Shown here one piece after another: positions 60,600 to 64,000 of a stretch of DNA of 64,000 nucleotides; within the stretch, counting starts at the first letter, position 1, and every line of letters begins with the position of its first letter. The stretch covers positions 122,450,001-122,514,000 of the forward strand of contig NC_083229.1 of assembly GCF_032191835.1 (NCBI RefSeq), given 5' to 3'. The notes below the pieces were generated by a model, which worked only from the letters and a program-made list of their open reading frames with translations, searched no databases and was not told where the DNA came from. The translations under genes and the position numbers were made by a program. The stretch is from Heteronotia binoei (taxonomy: Eukaryota).

Positions 60600-61194
60600 C
60601 AGCTTACTTTTGAAAAAAAATGGTGTTTCTCTGAGAGTGACGGAATTGCGTGTGGAAAACGAGCTAATTATACTTCCAACCCCCCCCCCCCCTTCTCCAC
60701 CGAGATCACAAAACCAAACTTGGCATGCTCCAAAACACCCCCTCTGTCTACAAACAGGCTAATATTGTAACAGCTGCTGTAGGCTGATTGGGTGAGTTCA
60801 GCATCTCTATGCAAAGGGATGAATTCCGCCCTCCTTCACCAGCAATCAGTTTGCGGCTGTTGATATGACTGAGGGTCGTAGAACCATTTAATCCATCTCT
60901 TGCGATAAGGGGAGGAGAGGGGAGTCACCACTTCAATATCCCCTCCCTGCATTTTCTTGTCAGCTGTCTCCCTCTCTTCCCAGGGAATCTAATGTGCTGG
61001 GTTATTGTTAAGAATTTTTTTTTTAAATCATTTTCCCAGCTTCCTTCTTGAGTTGTGCAAAGCAATATTAGGTCTTCCAAAGCTATATAAATAATCATAA
61101 TTATTCAGTTTGGCACCACTACAAATTCTGTGCGCAAAGTGCTATTAGGACACGGCTGGCTTATAGAAACCCCAGCCAAGGCGTTTACAGGACA

Positions 61195-61345
61195 AGTGAG
61201 TATCAGAGGTGGTGCTTACTGCCGCCTTCCTCTGCAGAGTCTTCCTTGGTGCGCCCCCTTCCAAGGACCAACCTCGCTTAGCTTCCGAGATCTAACAAGA
61301 TCCTGCTTAGCTTTTGAGATCTGACAAGATTGGGCTACACCATGC
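61195..61345 (-). mobile_element. 5S-derived SINE (5S-Sauria-like) with a duplicated head segment
   Basis: Reverse complement reads GCCCAATCTTGTCAGATCTCAAAAGCTAAGCAGG-ATCTTGTTAGATCTCGGAAGCTAAGC, then an RTE-like tail. Confidence 0.8.
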
Positions 61346-61544
61346 TGCCTTCCTTCCCTCATATCGTACTAAGAATATCTTATTCCTACTTTAATTTTTC
61401 TTTTCTGTAAATCAGTAGTTTCCGCGTTTAGCTTTAAGTTGTCTCTCCCACAAAGCCTTTTCTAGTATGGAATCCCTTCATGTCTTAGAAACTTCAGGTA
61501 AGTTTTTTTTTTTAAAGATGATGGTGTTGGTGGTGATGATGATG

Positions 61545-62225
61545 ATGATATTGGATTTATATCTCACCTTCCACTTCATATCTCAGAGTATCAGAGTGTC
61601 AAACATTGTATATTCATCTTCTGATATAGTATCCAGATTATAGATTTGTTACTAACCCTGAATTAAACTAAGGCACATCAAAGTAACAACCCCCACCTTT
61701 CTTCTCTCGCTTCTACTAACAAATGCAGGAATGTCCTCTTTGAAGATAAGACCTCTTGGGACTTGTTCTCAGGCCCAGCCAGGCCTGAACCCAGGATGTG
61801 CTAGCCGCAAGATAGATAAGGAACCTAGCATGTGAATTTCACCCGTGAATGTAGAATTGTTTATAGAACCTTTGCTGTGCCATCTTCAAGCCTGTATTCT
61901 ACTGTTACAAAGTATCAGTTCCATTTTTTCCCAGCTCGGATGAGCCACATGGATTATCAATAAACCAAACTTTGTTTCAAGATTCAAGGACTGGTTATTT
62001 TGAGATCTCATGCTTGACACAGAGTGGTTTACAATCTCCTTTATTTTCCTTCCCCACAACAGACACCCTGTGAGGTGGGTGAGGCTGAGAAGACTCTCAC
62101 AGCAGCTGTCCTTTCAAGGACAACCTCTGAAAGAGCTCTGGCTGACCCAAGGCCATTTCAGAAGGTGTAAGTGGAGGAGTGAGGAATCAAAGAGTCCGCA
62201 CACTTAACCACTACACCAAACCGGT
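61545..62225 (-). mobile_element. Squam3-like SINE split by a solo LTR
   Basis: Tail at 61545-61596 and body at 62020-62225. Confidence 0.85.
61597..62019 (+). mobile_element. Solo LTR (423 bp)
   Basis: TGTCAA...TTGACA termini, 5-bp TSD CAGAG (61592-61596 and 62020-62024), and AATAAA at 61959-61964. Confidence 0.88.
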
Positions 62226-62729
62226 AGATACTCAGGTTGTGCAGAATGCCATCCCGGTCTTTTGGACACATCTCATATAGCCGGGCATTTTATGGTCAGT
62301 TTGCAGAAAGAAAACAGCATGACACAGAAGCTCTAAAATCTTTTTATTGTGGAATTCCGGTGAACTAAAAGACCTTCTGTGACAGGCTAGGTTCGGCCTC
62401 TCCCTAAAAGCACCGAAAACACCAAACCCAAAACTGGGTATACAGCCTTATATGCTGCAAAAACTTATGAAACACTCATTGTTCTTAACACTTGGTAATT
62501 GATATATTTTAATCCATCATGCTGTCTCTATGAAAATATTGAAAACAGTGCATAGGAAGCACTCGTCGTGACGCGACGATTCTTAAAGGCACATACAGAT
62601 GATAACACAAAATAAAGTATATATTTCAAAGTAGCCCTTGAGTTTACAAAGCTGATGCCTTAGTCTATAAGGACTAGTCCAAAAGTCCCTTGTATGAAGA
62701 TCTTTCGCTGCGCAATAGGACGCCAGCGA

Positions 62730-62758
62730 GACCCTGTTTCCCGGAATCGCTTCCTCAG
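62730..62758 (-). ncRNA. Hammerhead-like motif
   Basis: CTGAGGA-A-GCG ATTC CGG-GAAAC AGG GTC; core residues present, but stem II is weak (G.G at its base). Confidence 0.4.
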
Positions 62759-63053
62759 GCGCATGCGTATTCCAAAGATATAACTTTAGAGGGACATCCT
62801 ACTTCGATACAACCTTTTTATCTAGCCTGCTCCTGCATACAGCAAGAGGCACTGCAAACTACTCCCAGCGACTGCCCAAGTTAGGAGGTTTGTGGAGCTT
62901 CTGACACATGGGCAGTGCAAAACTGAAGCCACTACCTTTACCCTTATAATCGTCTCCCCTGTGTGCAGGAGCAGGCTAGATAAGGAGGCTGTATCAAAGC
63001 AGGATATCCCTCTAAGCTTATATCTTTGGAATACGCATGCGCCTGAGGAAGCG

Positions 63054-63507
63054 TGTCTAGTTCCGATATTTCTCAATAAGCAGTCTTTTGTTTTAAATCA
63101 AAGCTGTTTTATTGTTAGAAATTCAGGAGCTGTACCAAGGACACAAGCCTTGGGAGTAATGACCTATACAGGTTTACACAGTTGCTATGTAGGATATCTT
63201 ACAGATGCATACTTGAGTCACGGGTTCCAAGGTTACTAAACACTATCTCTTTTATTACTAAGGAATTTAGGCTATTAAAAACATCTCCCATTCTCACACT
63301 TCTCTAGCAGAAGATAAGAGTTGTCTGTGTGAACCTGTGGGAGAGGCGACTTGAAAGTGGTACCAGCCAGGCTGTAGCATAAGCATCCTTGTGCCAGATG
63401 GATTTATTACTTGCCCAATGGTTGTAAATAAGGGGGGAGCAGCAGAGAGCGGATGACCTGCTCTTTGTCTAAGAGCAATTATGTTACAGAAATAAGCGCA
63501 GTTGACA
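63054..63507 (-). mobile_element. Solo LTR (454 bp)
   Basis: TGTC...GACA termini, 5-bp TSD AAGCG (63049-63053 and 63508-63512), and minus-strand AATAAA ~55 bp from its end. Confidence 0.88.
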
Positions 63508-63885
63508 AAGCGATTCCGGGAAACAGGGTCTCGCCGGCTTCTTGTTGCACAGCGAAAGATCTTCATACAAGGGACTTTTGGACTGGTCCTTATAGACAAA
63601 GGCATCAGCTTTGTAAGCTCAAGGGCTACTTTGAAATGTATACTTTATTTTGTGTTATCATCTGTATGTGCTTTTAAAAATCGTCATGTCACAACGAGTG
63701 CTTCCTACGCACTGTTTTCAATATTTTCATAGGGATGGATTAAAATATATCAGTTACCAAGTGTTAAGAACAATGAGTGTTTGATAAGTTTTTGCAGCAT
63801 GTAAGGCTGTGTACCCAGTTTTGGGTTTGGTGTTTTCGGTGTTTGCTACACAGACTTCTCTTTTGTTTGTGTGTTCTCCCTAAAA

Positions 63886-64000
63886 GAGCCCCGTGGCGCA
63901 GAGTGTTAAAGCTGCAGTACTGCAGTCCTAAGCTCTGCTCACAACCAGAGTTCGATCCCCAGCGTAGCTGGTTTTTCAGGTAGACGGTTCGAGGTTGACT
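63886..64000 (+). mobile_element. Sauria SINE 5' part (runs off the window)
   Basis: GAGCCCCGTGGCGCAGAGTG head, colinear with 7335. Confidence 0.85.

Larger units (their letters stand above)
62411..63874 (+). mobile_element. Fold-back insertion, probably Penelope-like (inverted 5' copy of the 3' repeat)
   Basis: Arm 62411-62840 is the reverse complement of 62961-63053 plus 63513-63841; 12-bp flanking direct repeat TCTCCCTAAAAG (62399-62410 and 63875-63886). Confidence 0.7.

Overview
Vertebrate DNA, almost certainly from a gecko (inferred from the Squam3-like, Sauria and 5S-derived SINE families present). It comes from a scaffolded assembly with three sized N gaps. The window is dominated by transposable elements, and no host gene can be named; only a few weak plus-strand exon candidates are visible (0.5-6.6 kb and 61.5 kb). 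The 10-35 kb block is a nest of mostly minus-strand retroelements: a DIRS1-like remnant, a full-length 6.0 kb L1 inserted with a 12-bp TSD into an older L1, a third L1, and an Ngaro-type tyrosine-recombinase retrotransposon. The rest carries many hAT-type MITEs with 8-bp TSDs, three related solo LTRs with 5-bp TSDs, two 8-unit 104-bp tandem arrays derived from a SINE tail, and minimal hammerhead-ribozyme motifs. A 1.46 kb fold-back Penelope-like insertion lies near the right end. Repeat family names are from recognition by eye, not database searches. Coordinates without a quoted TSD are approximate.
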